A stretch of DNA of 63,687 nucleotides, counting the filler, from Nemertoderma westbladi (taxonomy: Eukaryota > Animalia > Xenacoelomorpha): NCBI GenBank assembly GCA_032718475.1. It is 4 parts of 4 records of this genome, joined end to end, with 100 filler letters (N's around TTAATTAATTAA, not from the genome) between each part and the next. Parts side by side here need not be neighbours in the genome. Positions count along the whole stretch, not along the records: positions 58,930 to 63,687 come from JAUCBJ010000074.1; 3 more parts are not named here. One strand, written 5' to 3'. The notes beneath the pieces are model-generated. The model did no database searches. It was not told the DNA's origin and was given only the letters and a program-made list of their open reading frames with translations. Every line of letters starts with the position of its first letter. Within the stretch, counting starts at the first letter, position 1. Of the stretch, positions 63,590 through 63,687 are shown one piece after another. The position numbers were made by a program, and so were the translations under genes.

Positions 63590-63687
63590 CGAAAAACCCG
63601 CCTTGGCGATTTAATATCCCGCCTCAATGTTAATTTGTCAATTTAGGGAAAGGAGCAGGTTACGGTGGCACGGTATTTTAACCAACT
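63552..63687 (+). mobile_element. GAGACAGGGG-family MITE, truncated by the window end
   Basis: Matches 37400-37549 in reverse complement. Confidence 0.7.

Overview
AT-rich, repeat-dense animal (invertebrate-like) nuclear scaffold with three 100-bp assembly gaps. Host genes: an atypical dual-specificity phosphatase (32640-33158), a PA28/REG proteasome activator with a GC-AG intron (46300-47611), NDUFB7 (55625-56050, minus) and the 3' exons of a TTLL3/8 tubulin glycylase (59385-62128). Most of the rest is mobile DNA: a decayed Polinton/Maverick segment (pPolB, packaging ATPase, PW-like gene), a near-intact APE-RT LINE, RTE and other LINE fragments, an LTR end, three IS3EU-like elements, MITEs, SINEs, Helitron-like ends and several tandem arrays. 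The best candidate for a new system is an intact 87-aa minimal GTSF1/Asterix-like gene (two CHHC zinc fingers plus a W-x8-WD PIWI-binding-type tail) at 13996-14259. It sits between direct repeats about 0.5 kb from the Polinton remnant and could be a virus-borne piRNA-pathway mimic. Also notable are a pair of inverted minimal hammerhead ribozymes (25891-26129), direct evidence of Tc1/mariner-type excision footprints with similar motifs clustered at promoters, and an IS3EU transposase fused to a HECT-like fragment. All family assignments come from motif recognition by eye; no database search was run.
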